DNA of 64,000 nucleotides from Squalus acanthias. Its lineage: Eukaryota. Both the position numbers and the translations under genes were made by a program. A model generated the notes under the pieces. That model was not told the DNA's origin. It was given only the letters and a program-made list of their open reading frames with translations, and ran no database searches. Positions within the stretch are counted from its first letter, which is position 1. Each line of letters opens with the position of its first letter. The stretch is from the NCBI GenBank assembly GCA_030390025.1, contig CM059438.1, positions 82,770,001 through 82,834,000 of the forward strand, read 5' to 3'. Positions 52,563 to 64,000 of the stretch are shown piece by piece.

Positions 52563-54979
52563 TGGAACATGAGACTGTTCAGCCGACCCTCCGATCAGCA
52601 ATGTCTTCCTCGTTATCTTCCACCCTCAGCTCCTCTTGCCTATTTGTGCTTTGTGTGCCGCCCTGTTCACACTTCTCTGCCTCACTGTCTGATATCTATC
52701 AGGGCTGAAGCTTGGCAGAGTGACCGTGAAGACACATTTTTGCCTCATTTCTACTGTAACTGGCTCACCATAATGCAGCAGGAGTGTGAGAAGCACTCCA
52801 GTTGTTCAGTGCCCATCGCAAATGGGAGCTGAAAGAGAGGGTTTCAGAATAATTCTTAACTTTTTTTTCCTGCGTGGTCCTGACCTTCTAATAGGACCTT
52901 TCGTAATGATGTCTTGTTGGATGATTTTGCCCTCAAAAAGATGATTTGCTGTTGGCTCTGTCCTGCTGGGTGCTATTTCCCTCACCCCACACACCTCCAA
53001 ACAAGGAATTGTTCCTTCAATGTGTCAGCAGCCCTTTACAAGCTGCTGGAAATTGCACCCCTGCGACCTTGGTGCTCTTCCAGTGTGATGCTCATTTTCT
53101 GGGGAGGCTGGAACTGCATTATTGGCCCCATTGTTTCTGAAGGAATATGTTCTTCAGAACTCAGTAACTTAAAAATGCTGTGATGGAATTTCACGAAACT
53201 TGATAGTGAATTTTATTCTTACTATGTTCATAGTTTCTTCTGAAAATGCAGTTTAAGCCGGTGCATTTAAAAAGTGAGGGCTGTTGTTGGAAAGTTGAGA
53301 GTGAGGAATATTCTTGGAAGCCTGTCAGACTATCACTCCTGATCCACTGAATTTCAATAATTTCTTCTTTTTGAATTAGTTCTTGTAAAACTGGAGTGAT
53401 GTGAACGGCCGTGGAAATTGTGCTGTGATTTAAAATGTTAATCTTGGATGAGCATGTTTCATTACAATTTGTTCCTTCAAGCTTTGCAGATCTTAGTAAA
53501 CGCTAACAATTTGGATGCTGAACATTATGAAGCGCAGCTCTAATTACCTCACAAAAGAGTGAGAAAGAAGTTAGTAATTGCCACATACACTTGAATGAGC
53601 TGAATATGTGGCAACACAAATGGGGAAGTTTCCAAGCTCAGTTTGTCATGTGACCTAATTACACAAAAATTGACAGCAATCTGAACAATTCACTATCTAG
53701 TAAAAGTTTATATTTCTTAAATATACGGCGTGGTCATTTAAAAAAAAATTGTTTAGGCAATTAAGGCGTATTCTTGTGTTTATATTACTTCTGTAGTGAA
53801 CTCGATTAAGGTGGATATTTTAGGGTGCATACATTGGAATTCCAGTGTGGTGCCAAAATGGGTTTTAAAAAGTCCCCCAGGGGAGTCCTTGGATCTCTGG
53901 GGCACTTTGTAAACCTACATGGAGTTAATTTAAATGTTCACAGAGTGCAGACACTGCCATCCGCACTCTCTAAACATTTAAATGTTAACTCCTGGGAGAG
54001 GAGCTCGGCGCAGGCGTGTAACCAAGCATGCACCAAGTTCTCTCCTGGGCAGGAGAATTGGAGTTCCAGCCAGGCAGTGTAAATAGGAACTGATACTAAA
54101 GCCAACAGTCTGAGACCAGGAGCGACAGCATAAATGCAGCATTAAACACTAAACTGCAATTTCTAAAGCTAGCTTTGCACAGTGCATAATTACTGCATTA
54201 CAATAAAAAAACACGGCACTATTACTACATTGCAGACCAAAACCATTCTGTTATAGAATCTAAAATCTATTTATTATAAACATTTCACCCCCTGCATATT
54301 TCTTGTATTTTTATTCCTGAGCTGCTTATGTCCCATTTAAGTGTTTTTAGCAAATTCTTTCCTGTATACAAGAAGTGTGAGGCATTATTTTGGCAAACAA
54401 GCTACGTTAGTGTTTTCAGATTTTAAAAGAATATATTAAAATAATTTTCTTTGAATAGAAGAGAGAACGAAGAAAAGAAAAATCACCCACCATCCCAACT
54501 AGAATATAGAAAATAGTAATGTCCATACAGACTGCACATGAGAAGGGGAAAGTGTCCCAGTTGACCAGCAAAAGGGACTCTCCACTTTAGGGTTTACGTT
54601 CCAGTTCAGATGTGGCCAACATTTCAAAGATAATGTCATAAAAATAAGTTATATACTGGCAAAAAGACATAGTTTTAAATATTACTAGTTCATCTGAAGT
54701 TTTTGGATCTTATGAAGCTTCATCTCGTGGTTTGCAGTTGCAGGCAGGACTGTATGTCACAGAATGGTGATGCCCAAATAAGGAGTGTGTGACATACATA
54801 ACAAATTTAATATATTATTGATAGCAGCGTGGGATAAAAATGGATCCTAATACTAGTGAACTTCTCTAAATTGAGAAAAAGTCATAGAGGTTAAAATTGA
54901 GTTAAGATTAATTTTCAAAACCCACGAACATCAAACACACCAGTCTCAAACATAGCTTGTCTAAAGATCAAAACATAGA

Positions 54980-55395
54980 TTTTATATGCCACTTTTCATG
55001 CCCTCAGGACATTCCAAAGTGCTTCACATCCAATAAATTACTTTTGAAGTGTAGTCATTGATTTTTCTTTTAGGTAAATGTGGCAGCCATGTTGTGCACA
55101 GCAAAGTCGTACAAACAGAAATGAGATGAATGATTAGTTCATCTGTTTTGGTATTGTTGGTTGAGCGATGTTGGCCAGGATAGCAGGAAAGCTCCCTGGC
55201 ACTTCGAAAAAATGCGATGGGAATTTTTTGCATTAACTTGAACAGGCAGACGGCATCACTTGACAATGCAGCACGCTCTTAGTACTGCACTCAAGTATCA
55301 GCCAAGATTATGTGGTGAATTTCTGGAGTGGGAATTGAACTCACAATCTTCCAGCTCAGTGGTGAGAGTGCTACCAGTAAGCCAAGCTGTCACTC
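54980..55395 (-). mobile_element. DeuSINE-type SINE, near full length
   Basis: Colinear homology with 38940-39336. Confidence 0.75.
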
Positions 55396-55971
55396 TAAAG
55401 CAGACACGAACCTCTTATCACTTGCTGCGCACAGTCCACATGTACTTCCTCTGATAGAATGCGAGCCCAGGAGAAGAGTAACCAGTTATTGTGAAGGAAA
55501 ATGCGAGCCCCTGAACCTGAATAACTCTAAGAACAGTTTCCTTCTCCAAATGATGAGAAATATTATATACTCAGTCCAGGGTTCCCCAGATTTGAATTCG
55601 GATGCTTCCTCTCGAGTATCTTGAGATTTTGAAAGCTCAGATCGGGCTCCATGCAGGCTTTCAGTGTACAATTAAAATTGATGGGTGAGCATGCCACTCG
55701 ACCAAGAATTGGCTAAAAAATAACTTCTGAGATTGAGAGGGTAGAATAACATGCAGCTACAGTTAGTAAAACCTTTCCAGTAGATATTTTGTGTATTGAA
55801 TATAAATGTGACCGATTATAACATTTTGTGCATTGGTATTCAACCACAGAAGAGATGCATGTAGCTCACAAGGTGTTGATCTTGTACTCTGTCCCTCCTT
55901 TAAACATCACCCCTCCAATGTCTGGGTCAGAAAAGGTTTTATAACTATGGTTCATTGTTTGATTTTAACCT

Positions 55972-56398
55972 TAGAATCATAGAATAGTACAGCACAGAAG
56001 GAAGCCATTCGGCCCATCCAGTCTGCGCCGGCTCTTTCAAAGAGCAATCCAGTTAGTCCCACTCCCCCGCTCTTTCCCCATATTCCTGCAATTTTTTCTC
56101 CTTCAAGTATTTATCCAATTCCCTTATAAAGGCTACTATTGAATCTGTATCCACCACCCTATCAGGCAGTGCATTCCGAATCCTAACCATTCGTTGCATA
56201 AAAAAGCTTTTCCCCATGTCGTCTCTGGTTCTTTTGCCAATCGCCTTAAATCTGTGCCCTTTCATTATTGACCCTTCAGCCATTGGAAATAGTTTCTCTT
56301 TATTTATGCTATCTAAATCCTTCATGATTTTAAACACCTGTATCAAATCTCCTCTTCGCCTTCTCTGCTCCAAGGAGAACAACCCCATCTTATCTGGT
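55972..56398 (-). mobile_element. CR1 LINE 3' fragment
   Basis: GLFSLEQRRRRGDLIQVFKI...KGHRFK...GERAGEWD. Same family as 5170-5570. Confidence 0.92.
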
Positions 56399-58030
56399 CT
56401 ATCCTTTCTTGATGATTCTGAATAAACAGCTGAATGTAATAATAAAAAACATTTTCAACTCTAATATTTCAACATTTATTTTTCAATTTCAACACATTTG
56501 GACTTAATTTCAATGATTTCCAAAGGCCATGTCTATGTTCTTTGCAATGCCGAAGAACAGAAGGCAACGAGTATAGCACTTTTTTATATATAAAATGGGC
56601 GAGAACTAAATCTTTGTGCTTTTGCATTTGCAAATGATAAATTGATCTTGCATGGTTCGGTTTACAGTTTAATATACTAATGTTAAATGGAAAGGCTTCT
56701 TCATCTCCTGTGTGTTCACATTCAATCACAAATTCAGACCTTGTCACATGACCAGCAAAGTGACTGTTTTGTCTGCCATCCCCACATTTCCCACTAACTG
56801 ACCACCTTGTAATGCTGTGGTGGTGGTAGAAGTTTGACGACCAGCCTGTGTCATTCTCCTCTAAGAAGATTGTGCACAAAGCACAACAGCAATGTTATAG
56901 TCACTGTTACAAACACCTGCCTTTGAAAGCCTCGGTCACACTGGTGTAACTCAGTTTTAAACTGCAGATCAAGATCTCTGCTGGTTTGTTGTGTGTACAG
57001 ATTCTCTTAATGCAGCACACCTTGCACCTGTAGACAGTTAGAGGCTGAAACAAACTGAAGTAATTTCACTGGCAGCCAGGTCATCAGCAGGTGTGGTAAA
57101 TTATAATAATTATAAACAGTTGGAAGATGTCTTTAGAGAATTTGGATAACTTTATACAAGTTAAATTGAGCAGATGTGCATTTTTTAAATGATTTATTCA
57201 AAGGGGAGAGTGCGTAAACAAGGCAATAAGAGTGGTCACACAATAGAGAGATGAATGTTACCCCAGGGAGATTCTGTGCGCTGTGCTGGAGTGAGCATTC
57301 ATCGTACCACTGCAGAGAAACCAAAGGGGCAATGCACTGTGGGAATGATGCAGCGTTCCCTATTGTGGCACAAAGCAGAGGCACCCTCCATCTGATCTCC
57401 CCAGAGTCACAGAAAAAGCAATCCTGAAGGGCACAAGAACAAGTGTCTCCACAGGCATATTGCCTCTTTGGTCACAGTGGAGTCAAGAGTCCCACCGAAA
57501 AGCTGTTGACATGAATATATTTTTAGTATGATGCAGGTGCTAGACGGAAAGCCTCGGCTTACACTTCCCAAAAGTATGCTGCTTGCAGATTTTAGAGAGG
57601 TGCCAATTGTATTGGCTGTCTTTCAGTATCTGATGATGTGTCTTCAGTTACATTCGGAGCAGCCTAGATGCAGTTTAATGGTTCTTTTCTGTTCCATTAT
57701 CTTGTTCATTGGCTGTTCCTTTATTACTTGGTTGGTGTTATTTTTGCGCCACTGGACTTTTGGCTCTTTAGCTAAAAATGTAGATATAAAAACTGTTGCA
57801 AATACATTCAAAATGAGTGTTGATTCTGCATTGTGTATTAAAGCAGAAATGGGAAAAATATGAAATATACTTTTAAATGATTTATTCAAATCTAACTTGA
57901 TTCATGATTTATCCATTTATTTGCTTTTTAAAGATAAAGTGTGAAGAATAAGTCAAATTAAAAATTGGCAAATACAATTGCTAAATGTCAACTTAGGAGA
58001 AAAATCAAAATCTCTCTTTCGTGTTTTCAG

Positions 58031-58166
58031 ACGAAAACGACGCAATTTCAGCAAACAAGCAACAGAAGTCTTGAACGAGTATTTTTACTCGCATCTCAGC
58101 AATCCATATCCCAGTGAAGAAGCCAAAGAAGAGCTGGCAAAGAAGTGCAGCATCACAGTATCACAG
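58031..58166 (+). CDS. PBX3: PBX (PBX3-like) coding exon, equivalent to exon 5: N-terminal part of the TALE homeodomain
   Basis: AG|A split codon, then [45 protein letters not shown], which includes the TALE loop and PYP. Acceptor gtgttttcag ends at 58030 and donor gtgagc starts at 58167. Confidence 0.96.
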
Positions 58167-58235
58167 GTGAGCTGGGGCATCTTGCAACTTCTGAATTTAG
58201 TCCAAAGGAAAATACCACCTCTAGGTTAAATATTG

Positions 58236-58435
58236 CGGAGATGCCGGTGTTGGACTGGGGTGGACAAAAATGAGAAGTCGCACAACACCAGGTTATAGTC
58301 CAACAGTTTTATTTGAAATCACGAGCTTTCGGAGCGCTGCTCCTTATGACTTTACCTGACGAAGGAGCAGCGCTCCGAAAGCTCGTGATTTCAAATAAAA
58401 CTGTTGGACTATAACCTGGTGTTGTGCGACTTCTC
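58236..58435. mobile_element. Penelope-like element terminal-repeat fragment, inverted pair, 13-bp TSD
   Basis: TSD aggttaaatattg at 58223-58235 and 58436-58448. Perfect 75-bp inverted arms at 58271-58345 and 58362-58436. Contains a hammerhead core. Confidence 0.85.
58352..58388 (+). ncRNA. Minimal type I hammerhead ribozyme motif (Penelope type)
   Basis: Stem I uuac/guga. CUGACGA at 58356-58362. Stem II ggagc-agc-gcucc. GAAA at 58377-58380. Palindromic AGCU replaces stem III. Predicted CUC cleavage after 58384. Confidence 0.7.
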
Positions 58436-59114
58436 AGGTTAAATATTGGAAGACGGGTAGGAAAAATGGCTTAGAAACCTTTATGTTCAACGTGATACTT
58501 CAAATTCACCCATAATGGTATGGATTAGGTATAGTGGCTGATGTTTTCTGTTAGAGGAAATCTGCTCACAGTTTATAAAACTGATGGTTGAGTTGCTATT
58601 TGTTTAATCTGGTTCATTCTCTGACTTGATATTGCAGTTGACTAGATGCAAAAATAGACAGCAGCTAACAAAAAATGTAAACTTGCAGAAGATATTGAAT
58701 AATGATTGACTGAAAATATTTGATTACTGAAAAAATAATCATGCAAAACAATTGCAAATTACTGAAATTAATTGAATATTACATAAAAATGTAAGTATTT
58801 ATGAAGCACAAAAATCATAAAGTTGTGCAATGAATTGGCCATCCCCAAAGCTCCTGAATTAAATTTTCACAATGTGGAAATGTGCTCCTGTGTAAAATAG
58901 CAATATGGTCCAGTTGTTTTTGTGGTACTTGTGGAATTCATGCAGCATATCAACAAATTTCTGCCTTTATACAAGATGAATGGTCTGGAACTGAAGTTTA
59001 AAAAAAATATATATTTATATTTATAGACTCATAATTGTTCAGCTATTGGGGCTGAGGTTTCTTTTCTGTAGGCCAACAATCCCTGCATCTAACGTGCCTC
59101 ATCTGCAGTTAAAA

Positions 59115-59195
59115 GAAATCACAGAATCTTACAGCACAGAAGGAGGCCATTCGGTTCGTCGTGCCTGTGCCAGCTCTTTGAAAGAGCTGTCCAAA
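59115..59195 (-). mobile_element. CR1 3'-tail fragment
   Basis: acagcacagaaggaggccattcgg...gccagctctttgaaagagc matches 55988-56046. Confidence 0.8.
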
Positions 59196-60313
59196 TGGAC
59201 AGACTTTTTCCCGAAAAGAGCTCATCTCGCCAGCGACTCGTGTAACTAGTTGTCATCTTTCGCTCTGTGTCATGATGTAACAGAAATACATGCTGATATT
59301 TCCATGCTTTTCACTTCATACAACAGCATGTAAGTGTGGCATTTCTGCCACATTTTATGCTTTACAGCAGTAGTGTCAAACATACTACCTCTAAGGCAGG
59401 AAGTGTAGCTATTAATTCCATATTGTGATGAGCCACTAATTTATTTCTGTATGTTTTTACTGAGACTCCTAAAGTTCATGCTTGCTATGTGATACTTTGG
59501 TAAATTTATTTGGGGATCAGACAGGATTGTAAATTTAATACTTAATTCCTGTTTCAGGGATTTCCGAGATGGTGGTCAGTCACCCCATTGGAGTGTTCTG
59601 TGAGGCAGCTAACTTGATGAAAGAGGGCATACTAAACCCACTTTTCCTTGCAAAACACTCTCCGTTAACGTAACAGATTTTTCTTTAAATTACACACGCC
59701 AAAAATTAAAAATAATAAGGTAAATCTGTGGTATAAATCAAATTTGTCAGAGGCATCCGTGAAACATGATTTGTGTTTCCACTTGTGAGACTGACCATAA
59801 CTCACTTGTGACTTTGTCGCTCATGAGTTATCCAGTCAGCCTCACTTGTGGACATATAAATCATATTTTACGACTGGCCATGACACCTACTCTATTTATA
59901 CCTATCAAGGTGCTTGCTAGGTGTCATGGGTATTGGGCTTGCTTCTAAACTCAGAATGATGGAATGTGTTGGTTAGGGTGACACAAACAGTGATCCTGGA
60001 CTACTCTGAGTCTTGCGTATCAGTATTCCAGCTCATAATATATTTAAAGCGGTGTGGCTGAGGGTTAAATGGATTGCGCTTTAACTATTCATGGCTTTTG
60101 TTCTATTTTTGACATAATGATCAACTTAACCTCTAGAGGAACTTTCAGAAGCATAATTAGAAACTGGCTTGAGGTTTGCTAATTAATTAATATTATTCCA
60201 ATTGTTTCAACTAAGGTTTGAAAAAAGGTCATCAGTAAAAGATGTGCTGAAAAGTTAATTCCTGCTGAGTGAATAACCCACTTCTATTAAATTTTATTCA
60301 TTAATCTTGAGTA

Positions 60314-60738
60314 CAGGAAACTTTCGTTTATCCGGCACCCAAATATCCGGAATTCTCGCTTAACCGGCAAAAATCATCCTCCGAAAACTCCTCTCAAATA
60401 ACCGGCAATGTTGCCGAGTCGCAGTCGAGTCTCCGCGAACGGCGAGTGCTCCGAAAAATCCTCTCAAATAACCGGCAATGTTGCCGATCCCGAGTCTGAG
60501 TCCGAGTCCGCGAACGCCGATTTAGTCAGATGGGGTACTTTTCAAAAGTGCCACTACTCGGCCTCCTGGCGCTGTCGCAAGTCCAAAACATTGCAGTAGC
60601 ATGAGTAGATTCTCCCGTGCTGCTTGGAGTCTCTTTATTAAAAATAGCCTCGGTAGATATAACTCTCTGTTATCCGGTACTTTCGATAAACCGGCACCAT
60701 GCCGGTCCCGTCGATGCCGGATAAACGAAAGTTTCCTG
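60314..60738. mobile_element. Tc1/mariner-pogo (Tigger-like) MITE, copy 2
   Basis: Perfect 24-bp TIR caggaaactttcgtttatccggca / tgccggataaacgaaagtttcctg. TA on the left and CA on the right. Confidence 0.9.
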
Positions 60739-61999
60739 CAGTTGCTTAATAGAAGTGTATGTGAAATTGTGCCATGTATTTGGTTGGGCCCCCCATAAGC
60801 TACTATTTGCAAAGAAGGTTTTTAAGAGTGCGTTCAAAGTACAGTATAAGTCTGTTAATGGGAGCATCTGCTGACAAGGAAATTATTTGCTTAAGCTAAA
60901 TGCTGTTGGAGAGTTGTTTTGGTGTCAAAGCCAAAGTTCCCTAGAAATTAATATTCCTATTAAGAGGGTGCCTATTAACTGTTTGCTGTGTTCATATAAC
61001 TTTCATATCTGTGCAATCGACTGTGCTGAAAAGTGGAACTGGTTTTTCAAGTTTTTGGCAAGAAATCAAATTCAATCAATAAACAACCAACAATAAAACT
61101 TTGTACTTCACCTGCCTCAGGTAATTTATGATGATGGAAAGAGCAAACTTGCTGGAACAGCAACTGGTGTATAAGTGGCTGAATGTCATTGTCTCTGGTT
61201 ATAATGGAAATCAAGACACCCTCTGCATCTGGTGGTATTGATTTCTGAAAAGAAAAAACTGGATGTAAAATGTTAACTAGTAGAAGTGCACGCAGCTTGG
61301 GTGTTATAAAAGCGGATAAGTTCTTGGGTGAGTGACAAATGTACTTTAGATCCTGTTGTGTTAACTGGTCTCAGTCACTTGCTAATGAGTATATTTTTCT
61401 TGATTCTCTTAAATGAAGGCTGTGATTTTAATTAAGGAATATTTAATTTCTGATAAACAGGTGACACACAATGAATTTTTAAACAGCAACCTATATTTTC
61501 TTGCACTATTTGTGCAGACTAAAAATTCAAATAACAATGGTGAAAGTGTGAGCTCTATTATACTCGACTTCAGACGAAAAACATTCGGCTCTCAGACTTA
61601 GAAAATTCTCATTTGCAGAAGTGAAGAAATGTTGCTATACTTATAAACATAAAACTAAAGCAGCAATGTAGCAAAGATAGCAGGAGTCTTTCTCTCAAGT
61701 AAGTGATCATAGTAAGAGAGTCCCAGAGTACCATGTCACTCTAATCTGCCAGCTATGGTTAGTAGCAGTTTACTTGATGGAGAGGCTTACAAAGGAAAGG
61801 GAAAACTAATGTTTGTGGCCATCTACCACCACCATTTCTTTCAATAAAGAATTGCATTGTGGATATTGCATTTTATCAGCATAATATTCATGAGGGCAAA
61901 AAAGAAAAATTCAGCCTAAATAGAGCAAATAAATTCACTATTTTTACAGATTAATAGATATTTGGATCTTTGATTTGATTTGGTGTTTGTCTCCTAATT

Positions 62000-62176
62000 T
62001 GAATATATTTAAGAAGGAGGTAGATAGATTTCTAGACACAAAAGGCATCAAGGGGTATGGGGAGAGAGCGGGAATATGGTATTGAGATAGAGGATCAGCC
62101 ATGATCATATTGAATGGCGGAGCAGGCTCGAAGGGCCGAATGGCCTACTCCTGCACCTATTTTTCTATGTTTCTAT
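62000..62176 (+). mobile_element. CR1 (HER1-like) 3' end
   Basis: tttaagaaggaggtagatagatttct...gatcagccatgatcatattgaatggcggagcaggctcgaagggccgaatggcctactcctg, followed by a ttctatgt tail. Confidence 0.85.
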
Positions 62177-62219
62177 CACTGAATATAATTTCTTTCCAAT
62201 TTCTAAACATTGATATTAT

Positions 62220-62515
62220 TCCACACAACACAGTCCAAAAATGTGTGGGTTAGGTTGATTTGGCTATGATAAATTGACCCTTAGTGTTAGGGGGGATTAA
62301 ATATGTGGGGTTATGGGGATAGGATGGGATATGTTAGGGGGAATTAAATACGTGGGGTTACGGGGGTAGGGTGGGATATGTGTACTGTGGGGATTAAAGC
62401 AGGGACAGGGTACTGGATTTGGATGATCAGCCATGATCGTATTGAATGGCGGAGCAGGCTCGACGGGCCGAATGGCCTACTCCTGCTCCTAGATTCTATG
62501 TTTCTATGTTTCTAT
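62220..62515 (+). mobile_element. HE1/V-SINE-like fragment with an internal duplication, joined to a CR1 tail
   Basis: cacagtccaaaaatgtgtgggttaggttgatttggctatgataaattgaccctt, a duplicated tgttaggggg..attaaata.gtggggtta.gggg.tagg..gggatatg block, and a tail nearly identical to 62093-62153. Confidence 0.65.
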
Positions 62516-62519
62516 CCAC

Positions 62520-62820
62520 CCTCACGCAGACTGCACATGCACGCACCTACACACACAAGCACATGGCAAAAACATGTCCTCCTCCCATAAACTATGCACA
62601 TATTCACCCCTTCTCAACCCCCCTCAATCCTGTATGCTGCACACACAGCCCCTTCACACACTCTACACACACCTACCCGTACCCACATACTATGCACACA
62701 CATACCCCACCCACATACTACGCGCACACACATGCACCCCTCCCACACACTATACACACACATGCACTCCTTCTGCATGCTATCCACACATATATGTCCC
62801 CTCTTACACATATGCATCAA
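62520..62820. repeat. Degenerate CA-rich low-complexity tract
   Basis: Repeated cacaca/tatgcacac/cccac units. Confidence 0.85.
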
Positions 62821-64000
62821 AGAGCTTTTCAGGTTTCAAAACCCAGCTGTTATAACAGTCATGAGGTTCAAATAAACCAACAAACTGTTAAGATTAATGA
62901 AAAACCTGAGTACAGACAGATCATTAGAGAACACCAATAAACATTAAAAACCAAAACACAGAACTCCCTCTGTATCACACACATTGTTTATGGCTCCCTC
63001 ACTAATAGAGAAACCATAAAAGACCCTGTCGATAACTCGCTGTGTGGATGGCTCCCAAGGACAGGATATAGCATTATCTACTGCAATTAGAAATAGAACC
63101 ACAGAACAGGAGAGAATTTCAGCAATATGTTTTTTGTGGGGGCAGCACATGAAATTAAGCCAATATAATAAAATATTAAAATTATGTGAAACGCAGGAAG
63201 TATTCAAATACTCTGTATGAGAATATATAGGAACAATAGTCACTAAAAGTGCCACTATAAAATTCCCTTTGAATGCTTTTTTAAAAAAAGCAAAAGACCC
63301 TGGATACAGCTCACAAAATGTATCCTTTTATAAGTACATGTGACCAGTAAACTTGCATTTGAATCTTAGCAGCCAAGTGCAGCCATATTTAAAGAAGAAT
63401 CACAGGCATCTTACTCAGTGACCTTTATTGTGATCAAGCCCCTGTTAAATATTCCGAGTAAAAATAGAGACTGATGGCTCAAGTTCAGGGGAGAAGACCT
63501 GCATCAAGAGTTGCAGCAGACTACCATGTCTGCTGCGTTTTGGCTGTAGATAAACTGTCTCATCTGTTCCACAGACACACTGCCTGTGAGGGAAAACGCT
63601 TTATACAGAAGCAGATGAGTGTCCTGCAGGGCGTCAGGAATAGTGAATATTTATACTGCAGAAGGCACTGGCACTACTGACAGAAGGCATTGGGAAATAA
63701 CACAGAAATGTGCCACGTCACAATGGCTACAGTATCATTTGTTAGCCTTTAATTTTACATTTTATGCAACAATTTACATGTTCTTTTTAATCCATTTCTT
63801 GGATGCTCAGTCAGGGTTATGTAAAAAGGGCTATTTTGCTTTCCCAGTGTACTTTTCCATAATTAGATTATGTGTAAAACATTATAAAACATACTGGGGA
63901 CACAATTGCCTGGTTATCAATGGCAGGTTATTTCTCAATACATTTCAACTTCCTAGTGGGAATGTCTTCACACACTGCCAGTTACTGTCAGCACAGGAGG

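Noticed and set aside
62446-62940. His/Thr-rich 164-aa ORF
   Set aside because: It is a translation of a CA-rich low-complexity tract plus a LINE tail.
58449-64000. Next PBX exon (VSNWFGNKRIRYKK)
   Set aside because: I did not see it in the ORF track or the sequence, so it presumably lies beyond the window.

Overview
This is eukaryotic (vertebrate) genomic DNA. It is most likely from a cartilaginous fish, inferred from the repeat families present. The window lies inside a + strand PBX (TALE homeobox) gene that is most similar to PBX3. Three coding exons are visible: 36115-36359 (245 bp), 48242-48432 (191 bp) and 58031-58166 (136 bp). They have canonical AG/GT borders, splice in frame, and match PBX exons 3-5 (PBC-A end, poly-Ala linker, PBC-B, first part of the homeodomain). 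Everything else is intronic. The introns hold decayed CR1, L2, RTE and Vingi-like LINEs, ancient tRNA-headed SINEs, MITEs and a probable Gypsy remnant, separated by repeat-free blocks that may be conserved enhancers. Nearly all short ORFs in the track are spurious or transposon fragments. The most notable structures are: (1) a TSD-flanked 200-bp insertion just after the homeobox exon, forming a perfect 75-bp hairpin and carrying a Penelope-type hammerhead ribozyme core in the sense of the pre-mRNA; (2) a 73-bp-arm palindrome at the 5' junction of an RTE insertion that looks like an inverted copy of target-site DNA; (3) Pbx-Hox-type motifs inside the PBX gene itself. I cannot support a wholly new biological system from the sequence alone.
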